64,000 bases of DNA from a virus (lineage: Duplodnaviria; Caudoviricetes), in IMG/VR virus record IMGVR_UViG_3300011989_000010, positions 1 through 64,000 of that record; one strand, 5' to 3'. Below, one piece after another: positions 1 through 8,652 of this stretch. Under the pieces are notes generated by a model, which saw only the letters and a list, made by a program, of their open reading frames with translations, ran no database searches and had not been told where the DNA came from. A program made the position numbers and the translations under genes. Position 1 is the stretch's first letter, and every line of letters starts with the position of its first letter.

Positions 1-144
1 ATCTCTATAAGCCACATAATCATTTTCCGTACTAAATTTTTTTAAGTAAATCATATCATTAAATTTATATATAAATAGTTGATATATTCACTTAAGTTAA
101 TATAAAAATTAACTATTTATTTAAATAAATAATAAAAAATTATT

Positions 145-999
145 ATGAATATCAATCGTATAATAAAAGAAACAATAAATGATGAAATAAATAATATCTT
201 AATTGAGAGCGCAGGCGTATCTGATGAAATATACAAACATGTTGAAGAAATATATAAGCAAGTAATCAGAAAATTTAATGCTAAGCAATGGAGATATTAT
301 AAGGATGACATGTACGTTAAAATGTTCACGATTAATACTGAGCAAATATCATATATGCCTGAAGGATATGAAGCCATATTCTATGGGTATGACCCTGAAG
401 TAATGGATAAATCAGACGTTATTGAACTTTTAAACCTTAATAGGGTAGGTACTTCATTTGGAGATTGGATTAGAACAGAATTTGTAGTACCTCTTAATTT
501 CAATATTAGTGATAGAAATAATGGTGTTGTAAATGAAATTTTTAAGACATTGAATCACGAGATGATGCATTCTATGCAGGGTTCACTCTACAGAACAGTT
601 AAAAACCAAAAAGCATATAATAAGGCTTTCAAATACAGGTATGATGATTCAAACTCTATAGATAATATTATTAAAAATGCTAAAAACAAATACTTTAAAA
701 AGGTCGCAGAATTATACTATAAGTTGACACCTACTGAGATAGACGCAAGAATACAAGAATTGTATGCTGATTATGGCGAAAACAATACTGCTCTTAATGA
801 TTTACTGTATTTATCAAGTGATTGTGAATTAGTATATAAACAAGCAAGAGCATCTAAAGAAAATTATGATAAAATTGATGCAGCGTGTAAAAATATTGGG
901 ATTAATACTAATCAATTTATTAAATCATTGCCTAAAAAGAAACGCTATATTGATAGAAAAATATTTAGAGTCGTCGGAAGAATTAACATGGGGCTATAA
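145..999 (+). CDS. HExxH zincin-like putative metallopeptidase with I-x-E-rich leader
   Basis: 284-aa ORF containing LNHEMMHSMQ (HExxH); leader MNINRIIKETINDEINNILIES; TATTTAT at 114-120. Confidence 0.5.
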   Translation: MNINRIIKETINDEINNILIESAGVSDEIYKHVEEIYKQVIRKFNAKQWRYYKDDMYVKMFTINTEQISYMPEGYEAIFYGYDPEVMDKSDVIELLNLNRVGTSFGDWIRTEFVVPLNFNISDRNNGVVNEIFKTLNHEMMHSMQGSLYRTVKNQKAYNKAFKYRYDDSNSIDNIIKNAKNKYFKKVAELYYKLTPTEIDARIQELYADYGENNTALNDLLYLSSDCELVYKQARASKENYDKIDAACKNIGINTNQFIKSLPKKKRYIDRKIFRVVGRINMGL

Positions 1000-1003
1000 C
1001 AAT

Positions 1004-1036
1004 AAAGGTTGGACTAATTGAAGCCCAACCTTTTTT
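1004..1036. terminator. Bidirectional intrinsic terminator
   Basis: aaaggttgg...cccaacctttttt inverted repeat between convergent genes. Confidence 0.75.
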
Positions 1037-1040
1037 ACTA

Positions 1041-1511
1041 CTAACTTTTGTAAAATTTCAAAAACTTTTTCCAATATCCGTGGTTAACGCTTTTGCTATT
1101 AATACCACTGTTCCAAATTCTACAAGCAGCATTAGCACTGCCTGATTTGTTATATTGGTTCATTATTAAGATAAACATTTCTTTAGACTTCTTAACATTT
1201 AGTCTATCTGACAATGTGTATCTCTTCTTACTACCTTTACGTTTAAGGATGTCATTGCATTCTCTAACTAAGATAGGCGTAATTTGCAAAATTCCAAGTG
1301 AGTTTCCTCTTCTTGCGTTTTGGTCTCCACAACTTTCAACTTGGATAATTGCGTTCATAATTTTGTCCCATTTAGATGGGTTACTTTCTACATTTTCAAC
1401 TTTCGTTGATTCATTCATCTCCTTTTTTTGATTTCCACTTGCATATGAGTTTACTGATACGGCAAACATCATACATAAAAATAAAAATACTTTCTTTAAA
1501 TGTCTCATCAT
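1041..1511 (-). CDS. Secreted lytic transglycosylase (SLT/lysozyme-like)
   Basis: Signal-peptide-like N-terminus (MMRHLKKVFLFLCMMFAVSVNSYA); catalytic-Glu motif IIQVES, GILQI, and IWNSG. Confidence 0.75.
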   Translation of the reverse strand: MMRHLKKVFLFLCMMFAVSVNSYASGNQKKEMNESTKVENVESNPSKWDKIMNAIIQVESCGDQNARRGNSLGILQITPILVRECNDILKRKGSKKRYTLSDRLNVKKSKEMFILIMNQYNKSGSANAACRIWNSGINSKSVNHGYWKKFLKFYKS

Positions 1512-1524
1512 ATCGAATTTTATT

Positions 1525-1596
1525 GAGGTTCGAACGAATCCCTCGTTCGTTGGCTATGACTTATGTGAGAGCGAGTTTGCCATAGCAGGTGACCTC
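1525..1596 (-). ncRNA. Putative structured cis-regulatory RNA (3-way junction) in the leader of the transglycosylase gene
   Basis: GC-rich 72-nt island: P1 GAGGT/ACCTC, P2 GCTATGGC/GTCATAGC, P3 AACGAA/TTCGTT; loops are complementary (CTCG/CGAG or CTCTC/GAGGG). Confidence 0.45.
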
Positions 1597-1607
1597 TTAT
1601 TATTAGT

Positions 1608-2003
1608 CTATTTCTCTATTATAGAACCTTGATTAGTTATATTATTGTTATACCAAGCAATAAGAACTTTTTTCAAAAAGTTATCACGAGTCTTCCTATC
1701 CTCTTCCGAATTGTTTGGTAAGATTGTCTTAAATTTCTCTTGTAACAAATCAAATATTTGTCTATCAGTTAATAACTTCAAGACATTTTTCGCACTATCA
1801 AGTAGTGCAACAAAAGATTGCTTTTTCCTTTCGCCATTCTCATCAAACGTACCAATGTCACTAGTAGCCTTGGAGAAATTGGAATCAAGATAATTCTTGA
1901 TTTGTAGGACTTTATCTGATTGGTCTCCATCACTCAACGACTCATTAAGAATCGCTGAGAGAAGGACATCACGCTTATTTTCGCTAATAATTATCTTCTT
2001 CAT
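1608..2003 (-). CDS. Hypothetical protein with MKKIIISE leader
   Basis: 131-aa ORF; TATTTAT on sense strand at 2024-2030. Confidence 0.7.
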   Translation of the reverse strand: MKKIIISENKRDVLLSAILNESLSDGDQSDKVLQIKNYLDSNFSKATSDIGTFDENGERKKQSFVALLDSAKNVLKLLTDRQIFDLLQEKFKTILPNNSEEDRKTRDNFLKKVLIAWYNNNITNQGSIIEK

Positions 2004-2030
2004 AATATTACACGCTATAATATATAAATA

Positions 2031-2630
2031 TCACGAAAAATCTTTTAAGCCATAATAATGACTCAAATCAAAATTAATAGCATCATTGTTGGATATTATA
2101 TAAAATGAAGCCTCAGGAATTGAAAATATCTTTTTGAATCCAAGTTTCTTCCAATAGTTATGCGACTTCAAATCTTTTTCAACGGCACACCATACAAAAT
2201 CAAAAGTATCAATATACTCTTTACCAAATAGGAGCATTTTTTTATCCAAACCGCAGCCTCTCAAACGTTCATCAATAATGAATGAATGACCATTAAGTTG
2301 CGTGTATTGGTTTAAATATGTACCTAAACTTGGGTTAATTCCCATAATAGGAGAGCCTTCTTGAATTGGATAATAAGCGAAAAGTAGCAAGCCATAAATC
2401 TCGCCATCTCGTTTGTCAACCAGTTTCACTGATTTCATTAAATCCATCTTTGAATGGACTACCTGAGTGAATGCTTCAAAGTTCCCACTCATTCCCCAAC
2501 TTCTCGCAATAAACTCAATAATGCGAGAAACATCGTCAGGTTTTGTTGATTTAATCTCAACGTTAGCCAATAGTTCTTCAGCGGTCATACCGCTATCTCC
2601 GAATCTATTGGTTAAATCTAAAGCCATCAT
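2031..2630 (-). CDS. GNAT-family acetyltransferase
   Basis: Motif A IIDERLRGCGLDKKML and motif B SHNYWKKLGFKK. Confidence 0.7.
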   Translation of the reverse strand: MMALDLTNRFGDSGMTAEELLANVEIKSTKPDDVSRIIEFIARSWGMSGNFEAFTQVVHSKMDLMKSVKLVDKRDGEIYGLLLFAYYPIQEGSPIMGINPSLGTYLNQYTQLNGHSFIIDERLRGCGLDKKMLLFGKEYIDTFDFVWCAVEKDLKSHNYWKKLGFKKIFSIPEASFYIISNNDAINFDLSHYYGLKDFS

Positions 2631-2651
2631 ATTGCTATAGGTTTACAAATG

Positions 2652-2659
2652 CAAATATA
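2652..2659 (-). promoter_or_regulatory. Bacteroidota-type -7 promoter element TAnnTTTG
   Basis: TATATTTG on minus strand with TTTG about 25 nt upstream, just ahead of the GNAT start. Confidence 0.6.
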
Positions 2660-2703
2660 CAAAAAATTTTTTAAATTTCAAAATTTGCTTATTTTAAAAA
2701 GAA

Positions 2704-2738
2704 AATGGAGAGCCATTACAGAAATAATGCTCTCCATT
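2704..2738 (-). terminator. Intrinsic terminator after the clp locus
   Basis: aatggagagc...gctctccatt inverted repeat, followed by a T-run on the minus strand. Confidence 0.7.
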
Positions 2739-2776
2739 GAAAGGTATAAAAAATATTTGAAAAATTATGAGTGTTA

Positions 2777-3907
2777 TTATTTAATTACAACTTTATTGTC
2801 GGTACAAGTGGCACTAAATACGTAATCTTGTTTGTAATCATTTTCGAGCATCAAGTCAGTGATTTTATCCTCAAGATTATCTTGTACCAATCGAATGATA
2901 GGTCTTGCGCCAAACTCCTTCTGACTAACTGCTTTAACATGTAGGTAATCAACTACCTTCTCATCACAATGTAATCCATAATGTAGTTCGTGCAATCTAT
3001 CGTCAAGTTTCTTAACCTCCAGTTTAACAATTGACTTAAGATTATCGTCAGTCAAAGAGTTAAAATAAACAATCTTGTCAATTCGGTTTAAGAACTCAGG
3101 CGTGAATTTCTTCTTAAGTGACTTTTCAATAATTGACTTCTTGTTTGCTTCTTCGTCAGTATTAAATCCAACACCACCTCCAAAATCAGATGCTTGCTTA
3201 GCACCAATATTTGATGTCATAAGAACGATTACATTCTTAAAGTTAACAATTTGACCGCTTGAATCCGTCAAACGACCCTCGTCAAATAATTGAAGGAATA
3301 GGTTATATACCTCTTGGTCTGCCTTTTCAATCTCATCAAGTAGCAAAACACAATGTTGCTTATTCTTAATTGCTTCAGTCAATTGTCCGCCATTTTCATA
3401 ACCAACATAACCAGGTGCAGCACCAGTTAATTTAGCAACTGAATTCTTCTCTGAATACTCAGACATATCAATTCTAATCAAAGCCTTTTCATCAGCAAAA
3501 ATCTCTTCAGCAAGTTTCTTCGCAATTAGCGTGTTATGGCTTAGTATTCCATTTGTAAAATATCTATGGTTTGAATCGTCAGACAACGCCAAATCGTACA
3601 TCTCTTCATATTCATTTGTGTTAATAACATCAGTGACGGTTTCAATGCCATTTATGGTATAAATTTTATCACCTATAGTAAAATCTTTTGCAAATTTTTC
3701 TTCTAAATCTTCAGTGAAAAGAATGTGGTCATCTGCACACTCAAGTTCTTTACCACTAGATGTTTTAATAATATATTTCAGATAAGGTATTGTTTTGTTT
3801 ATAGAAACGATGTCAGCAAACCCATCATCAGTCTCAACTTCGTAATCTGTAACATCAATTATTTCTGTAAATTTTCTATTTATAGTGTCTGATAATTTTT
3901 CATTCAT
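2777..3907 (-). CDS. clpC: Split-intein C-fragment fused to the C-terminal half of ClpC/ClpB-like AAA+ ATPase NBD2
   Basis: ...YFTNGILSHN|TLIAKKLAEEIF, IRIDMSEYSEK, GAAPGYVGY, Walker B LLLDEIEKA, FTPEFLNRID, FGARPIIR. Likely start is the ATG at 3907 overlapping the upstream TGA (ORF track starts at 3928). Confidence 0.9.
   Translation of the reverse strand: MNEKLSDTINRKFTEIIDVTDYEVETDDGFADIVSINKTIPYLKYIIKTSSGKELECADDHILFTEDLEEKFAKDFTIGDKIYTINGIETVTDVINTNEYEEMYDLALSDDSNHRYFTNGILSHNTLIAKKLAEEIFADEKALIRIDMSEYSEKNSVAKLTGAAPGYVGYENGGQLTEAIKNKQHCVLLLDEIEKADQEVYNLFLQLFDEGRLTDSSGQIVNFKNVIVLMTSNIGAKQASDFGGGVGFNTDEEANKKSIIEKSLKKKFTPEFLNRIDKIVYFNSLTDDNLKSIVKLEVKKLDDRLHELHYGLHCDEKVVDYLHVKAVSQKEFGARPIIRLVQDNLEDKITDLMLENDYKQDYVFSATCTDNKVVIK
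3533..3907 (-). other. IntC of an atypically split intein (125 aa)
   Basis: Block B-like ELECADDHILF, block F EEMYDLAL, block G YFTNGILSHN followed by Thr+1. Confidence 0.88.
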
Positions 3908-5107
3908 TTTTTTAAAAAATTTATACATTCATTAATTACTTTTTCTTTATTTTCCCTATAATCTTTTTCCCACACTACAAACTCTTTAAATCCATTTCTT
4001 TCAGCAATATTTTTTTTTATCTTCATCTATTTTCCAAAGTTCTTTAGCTGTCTTATCGTGAAATGGATTTGGTTTATCAGATGGCTTAAACATTTTTGGG
4101 TTAGCGTGATAAATATCTCCGTTAAATTCAATGAATTTTCTTTTATTCAAATCACAGAAATCGTACCTATAGTAAAAATTATTGTCATTTTTTAAAGTAT
4201 ATTCTCTATTTTTATTTTCATAAAAAACAAAATCTTTTTCTTCTTCTGGATATTTTTTCAATATTTCGTCAAAAAGTTCTTGAGATATTTTGGAACAGCC
4301 TAGTTGATGAAAGCCTGTTTTGTTTAGGCTATCTTGCCATTTTTCTTGCCTTTTCTTCCATCTTTTTAGCCCTTCATTTTCTCCGTATTTTTTTATGCAC
4401 TTTTTAAGTGAAAATGTACTTTGCGATTCGGAAATCTTTTCTTTAGCCTCATTTTCAGAATAGCCTTTTTTAAGCCAATATTCTATGCACTTGACACTAT
4501 TTTTTCTACGTTCATTTTTACTTTTTGATGCATATCTTTTAGCAAGTTCTGTTTGATATTCAGATATTTTTTTTTCAGCCTCATTTTTAGAATAGCCTCT
4601 TTTAAGCCAGTATTCAACACACCAAATGCTTCTTTCTCTAAAGAATTTATTAGAATCTATGCCAAGTGATTCTATATATTTTTTGTTAACTATTGGTCCT
4701 TTACCAGCAGCTTTTTTACCCCTTTCAGATTGCATTTTTGATATTATTTCTTTCCCTTCATTTTCAGAATAACCTTTTTTTAGCCAATATTCTATACACA
4801 GCTTATTACGCTCCTTCATATATTCGTTAATGAAGTCTTCATCAAACCCACGTTCTAATAGTCCTTCACGAGAATTATGCCAATGCTTGATGAATGGAAT
4901 TTTTTTAATAACATCTTTTATTAATGTTAATTTGTTTATTTTTCCATCATTTGAACAATAGTAATCAAAGCAATCTTTTAATGCGTTTATTATTTTTTGA
5001 TTTTTAAAGTTTAGTAGTGGATTAAATGACTTTAATAGTTCAACAAATTCATTAAATTTTAAATCTTCTCCAAATGTTTTTCTTTTTTTATCTAATAATA
5101 TTGTCAT
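3904..5107 (-). CDS. Free-standing putative homing endonuclease (3x CxEYWLKxGYSxNE repeats plus Vsr/PD-(D/E)xK-like domain), frameshifted at an A9 run near its 3' end
   Basis: YRYDFCDLNKRKFIEFNGDIYH nuclease motif. The ORF stops at 4001, but removing one A at 4010-4018 continues IAERNGFKEFVVWEKDYRENKEKVINECINFLKK to a TGA at 3904-3906. Confidence 0.75.
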
Positions 5108-5131
5108 AATATTTTGTTTTCTATATAAATA

Positions 5132-7009
5132 TTATGATTTTTTATATTTATTGGCTCTACTGGCTAACTTTTTAAACTCTTCTATTGTAACTTCTTGTAT
5201 TTCAAGTGTTTTCTTATTTCTAATTCTTATTTTTGTGTTTTTGGTAACGCATTTTCCACATCCTGTAGGTCCACACATTAAAATGTTGGCCATTGTTTTT
5301 GTCTTGTCACCCAAGCCTACCTTATTTCTCTTAATAACCTTGCAAATGGCATCAACTGCCTCATCTTGTCCAATAACACTTTGTTTAAGGATTTCATCAA
5401 TGTGTGCAATCTTCTTTTTTTCGTTTGAAGACATCTTTGCAATTGGTACTTTTGTTAAGTTAGAAACAGTAGTTGCAATATCGTCAGCATCAATAATTGT
5501 AGTACTGCTCTTCTTTGAATTTTGCTCTCTCTTGTAGTCACTGAGTTCTTTATTAATAGTATTCTCTTCAAGTGTTAAAGCATCAATCTTTTCAAATTCA
5601 CCTGCATTCAATGCTACGTTCTTTTCTCCGTCAATAGCATTAAGTCGCTTCTTCAAATTAAGAATCTCAATTGGCTCTTTTTCACTTACTGATGTAGCAG
5701 CACCTGCCAAGTCAATAACATCAAAAGCAGAATCAGGTAAACTCCTATCAGTGATATAACGTTCAGCAAGTTCAACTGCCTTTTCAATCGCTTCATCAGT
5801 GTATGTTACATTATGATAATCTTCATAATACTTCTTAGACTTAAGCAATATTTCAATTGACTCTTTCTGAGAAGGTGCTTCAATAATCAACTTCTGCAAC
5901 TTTCTTGAAATTGATGTATTTGTTTCGATTGAATTTCTATAATCCTTAAAAGTTGTAGTACCAATGACCCTTACATCACCACCTGAAAGAATATCACCAA
6001 TCATACCTGAAAGGTCAGTGTCTTTATCCTTGCTTCCACTCTTCAGCACATTCTGCATATCGTCAATGAAAAGAATGTACTTGTTTGATGATTTTAACTC
6101 ATCAAAAAGACCTTTAACACGCTCTTCCAGCATTCCACGGAAATTAGTACCTGATACAATACTCATAATATCAATCATAACAATCTCCTTGCCCTCAAGG
6201 ATTGGTGGCACATTACCATTAACAATCATCGCAGCAAGGCCATTGATGATAGCAGTCTTTCCTACACCGCCATTTCCAACAAGAATCACGTTGTTCTTCT
6301 TTCTTCTTGCTAAAACCTTGATGATTTCCTGAATCTCTGCCTTTCTGCCAACCAACTCATCAATCTTGCCTTCCTTAGCCAAGGTGTTCAAGTTAGTTGT
6401 ATACTTTGAAATGAATTCATCCTTAGCTATGATTGAGGTTGCATTAACTTCACTCTTAAGTGGGAAAATAGCAGGTTTTAATGCCCCTCCATTGTTATTA
6501 ATGAACCCTTTTGCTTTAATTGGCTTTGGTGTTGGTCTTTTTGAGGTTTCTTCCATGCACTTGTCAAGAATGAAATTATATTCAATACCCACAGTATTAA
6601 AGACCTCTCTGATTTTAATGTTATTTTTTGGGTTCAGTATTGCCAAAAGTACATGCTCAGTTCCTACCACTTTTGCATTAGTCTTCTTTTTTTCCTCTTT
6701 AGCAGACTCCAATATCTTATTAAGTTCAAAGTCAAATTGAACTTTAGTTTTGTCAGTTTCTCCAATCAATGGTTTTGAATGGTCTTTAAGTACTGACGTA
6801 TAAATCTCCTTGAGTTCTTCCATATTATTGGACATAAGGCAATTGTCAAGAATCATATTTGCATGACAATTGTTAATATCAAAAATTGAGACCATAAGGT
6901 ACTCAGGTGTAAAAATGTCAGTAGGGAATTCGTTTACAAGGATGTCAACCATGTAGTTGAGAACATCATCTAATTCGTGGGAATAAATAGCATTATTGTC
7001 TTTACTCAT
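5132..7009 (-). CDS. clpC: ClpC/ClpB-like AAA+ ATPase N-terminal part ending in the split-intein N-fragment
   Basis: Clp N-domain (TPEYLMVSI, GTEHVLLAI), NBD1 Walker A GNGGVGKT, RYITDRSLPDSAFDVID, VIGQDEAV, NBD2 Walker A GPTGCGK followed by CVTKNTKIRIRN. Confidence 0.92.
   Translation of the reverse strand: MSKDNNAIYSHELDDVLNYMVDILVNEFPTDIFTPEYLMVSIFDINNCHANMILDNCLMSNNMEELKEIYTSVLKDHSKPLIGETDKTKVQFDFELNKILESAKEEKKKTNAKVVGTEHVLLAILNPKNNIKIREVFNTVGIEYNFILDKCMEETSKRPTPKPIKAKGFINNNGGALKPAIFPLKSEVNATSIIAKDEFISKYTTNLNTLAKEGKIDELVGRKAEIQEIIKVLARRKKNNVILVGNGGVGKTAIINGLAAMIVNGNVPPILEGKEIVMIDIMSIVSGTNFRGMLEERVKGLFDELKSSNKYILFIDDMQNVLKSGSKDKDTDLSGMIGDILSGGDVRVIGTTTFKDYRNSIETNTSISRKLQKLIIEAPSQKESIEILLKSKKYYEDYHNVTYTDEAIEKAVELAERYITDRSLPDSAFDVIDLAGAATSVSEKEPIEILNLKKRLNAIDGEKNVALNAGEFEKIDALTLEENTINKELSDYKREQNSKKSSTTIIDADDIATTVSNLTKVPIAKMSSNEKKKIAHIDEILKQSVIGQDEAVDAICKVIKRNKVGLGDKTKTMANILMCGPTGCGKCVTKNTKIRIRNKKTLEIQEVTIEEFKKLASRANKYKKS
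5135..5251 (-). other. IntN of an atypically split intein (39 aa)
   Basis: Block A CVTKNTKIRIRNKKTLEIQEVTIEEF immediately after Walker A GK, ending at TAA 5132-5134. Confidence 0.85.
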
Positions 7010-7063
7010 AAATTTTTCTTCTATTTATATAAAATATATAATAATATTTTTAATAGTCAAATT

Positions 7064-7097
7064 GAAAGAAGTCCCCTTTCTTTAGGTGGGAGTAGTT
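7064..7097 (+). mobile_element. Solo IS200/IS605 right-end-like hairpin
   Basis: GAAGTCCCC..CTTTAG..GGGAGTAGTT resembles the tnpB element right end (GAAGCCC..CTTTAG..GGGTAGTTCAC); flanked by an 11-bp direct repeat aatagtcaaat (7052-7062, 7099-7109). Confidence 0.5.
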
Positions 7098-7172
7098 AAA
7101 TAGTCAAATATTATATTACATGATATATAAAATGAAATAGGATTTAATATAAGTGAATTTTGGGGAAAAATA

Positions 7173-7200
7173 AAGCCCATAAGCCAAAAGACTTATGAGC
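7173..7200 (-). terminator. Terminator hairpin closely matching the IS right-end hairpin
   Basis: Minus strand gctcataagtc-tttt-ggcttatgggc plus U-tract; compare gcccataagtctttagcttatggg near 28716. Confidence 0.65.
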
Positions 7201-7251
7201 AAAATATTGTTTATTGTAAAATGAATATTTTTTGATTTTTTAAGACCATAA

Positions 7252-7986
7252 TTAATTATAACCAAGCACGCCACGCACGGAAAACCCAAAGTTGCGGTAG
7301 TAGTAGTCCAAGCTCGCATTGCCTGAACCGAAGCCGAGGTACTGCCCGTTACCGACATTGCTCGTACTAAGCACCGAGGACCAAACGTAACCGTCGCCTC
7401 CACTATAGTGGACCGAACCGCCCCACGCAACACCAGCAGCAGGAATAAAGATAGACTTGGAAGGATCACTCTTTGAAGTGAATGTCATACCAGTACCGTT
7501 AGAAGTTGTCCAACCAGTATCAGTATTACTAATTAATTCCTGAATCTGCTTAGGAGTAGGCATATGCCAACTTCCTCCCATATTGGTGTGTGCAGCATCA
7601 TCCTCTAAATCCAATGTGGCACCCGTGGTTGTGTACTCACTAAACTTTGAAGAACTTCCATCAATGCTGAATTTATAATCATTCCAAGTGAATTGCTTGT
7701 CTTTTCCAACTTGTTCAGCTGTGTAACCACTTGTATCTCCCCAAGCGAAGTAAAGTCCATAATCTGAAGGCTTAGATGCACCCACATTCATTGTAGCCCA
7801 AAGTGTTCCGCTTGGAAGCCCTAAATCTACATAATCGTGTCCATTAGTCTTTGGTTTTGGTGGGTAGTTATAGTATACGCTCTCCTTGTCGTCACTAAAC
7901 GACACATTCGGCTTAAGGTACTTGTTCTTATCATCCCTATAAGCAACATAATCACTTTCAGTGCTAAATAATTTTAAATATTCCAT
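7252..7986 (-). CDS. C-type-lectin-fold (DUF1566-like) putative receptor-binding protein, DGR target paralog A
   Basis: YVDLGLPSGTLWATMNVGAS...DDAAHTNMGGSWHMPT...WSS...GFSVRGV, a Bacteroidota family known as DGR targets; GC-rich NNY-rich 3' end. Confidence 0.75.
   Translation of the reverse strand: MEYLKLFSTESDYVAYRDDKNKYLKPNVSFSDDKESVYYNYPPKPKTNGHDYVDLGLPSGTLWATMNVGASKPSDYGLYFAWGDTSGYTAEQVGKDKQFTWNDYKFSIDGSSSKFSEYTTTGATLDLEDDAAHTNMGGSWHMPTPKQIQELISNTDTGWTTSNGTGMTFTSKSDPSKSIFIPAAGVAWGGSVHYSGGDGYVWSSVLSTSNVGNGQYLGFGSGNASLDYYYRNFGFSVRGVLGYN
7261..7425 (-). repeat. DGR variable repeat (VR-A) with IMH-like 3' end
   Basis: Aligns gap-free to 38983-39150; identical 21-nt 3' end tccgtgcgtggcgtgcttggt; differences concentrated in codon positions 1-2 of NNC/NNT codons. 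Confidence 0.7.
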
Positions 7987-8097
7987 ATATTAAATTAATT
8001 ATTAATATTATGTTATATAATAAATATTAAAGAAATTATTAAAGAAAAAATGAAAATTAAATATACTCTTTCTTTTGTTTTTTTAACTTTTTTTTAG

Positions 8098-8105
8098 TAT
8101 ATTTG
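8098..8105 (+). promoter_or_regulatory. Bacteroidota-type -7 promoter element
   Basis: TATATTTG with TTTG upstream, 40 nt before the KTSC gene. Confidence 0.6.
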
Positions 8106-8145
8106 CGTGAGTAGTTAAAATTTATATAGAATAAAAAATTAATTC

Positions 8146-8649
8146 ATGAGCAAATTATTTAATTATTACGAAAATGATGTGGACAAGGTTTGGTATAATA
8201 GTTCTAACATCAAATATTCCGAATGCATTGACAAAGAGGGTCAATTAAAGGTTTTGAAGGTAGTCTTTTCAAATGGTACACAATATCAGTACAATGGCGT
8301 GAACGTTCAAGATTATCTTATGTTTCGTGAAAATGAATCTCAGGGGAAGGCATTAAACAAATTCATTAAGGCCAAAGGTTATGAATTTGAAAAGTTAGAT
8401 AATGCTGACCTTGATGCAATAAATGAAGAATATTCATTTAGAACAGGAAAGGGTGCTGAGATTGAATCTTATGATGGTGGCATTATAGTTTATGATTCAC
8501 AAAGACATGTTTTATGTGACATTGATTTGTCAAAAGAACAGTCATATGAAGGCGTTATTAAACAAGTACTTGAATCAGTTGGCTATATTGTAAAAGACCA
8601 AGATTTTGAATCAGGTGATTCTAATACAAAAGAAAAAGTTAATAGTTAA
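8146..8649 (+). CDS. KTSC-domain protein
   Basis: SSNIKYSE..LKVVFSNGTQYQYNGV...ESQGKALNKFIK fits the KTSC pattern. Confidence 0.65.
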   Translation: MSKLFNYYENDVDKVWYNSSNIKYSECIDKEGQLKVLKVVFSNGTQYQYNGVNVQDYLMFRENESQGKALNKFIKAKGYEFEKLDNADLDAINEEYSFRTGKGAEIESYDGGIIVYDSQRHVLCDIDLSKEQSYEGVIKQVLESVGYIVKDQDFESGDSNTKEKVNS

Positions 8650-8652
8650 TAA

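Noticed and set aside
1525-1545. tRNA suggested by GGTTCGAA T-loop-like text
   Set aside because: No acceptor, D or anticodon arms in register; the upstream sequence is the AT-rich start of a gene
7116-7469. Alternative 117-aa ORF or DGR template repeat overlapping VR-A
   Set aside because: It is another frame of the same VR; no separate adenine-rich TR copy or reverse transcriptase was seen in the window
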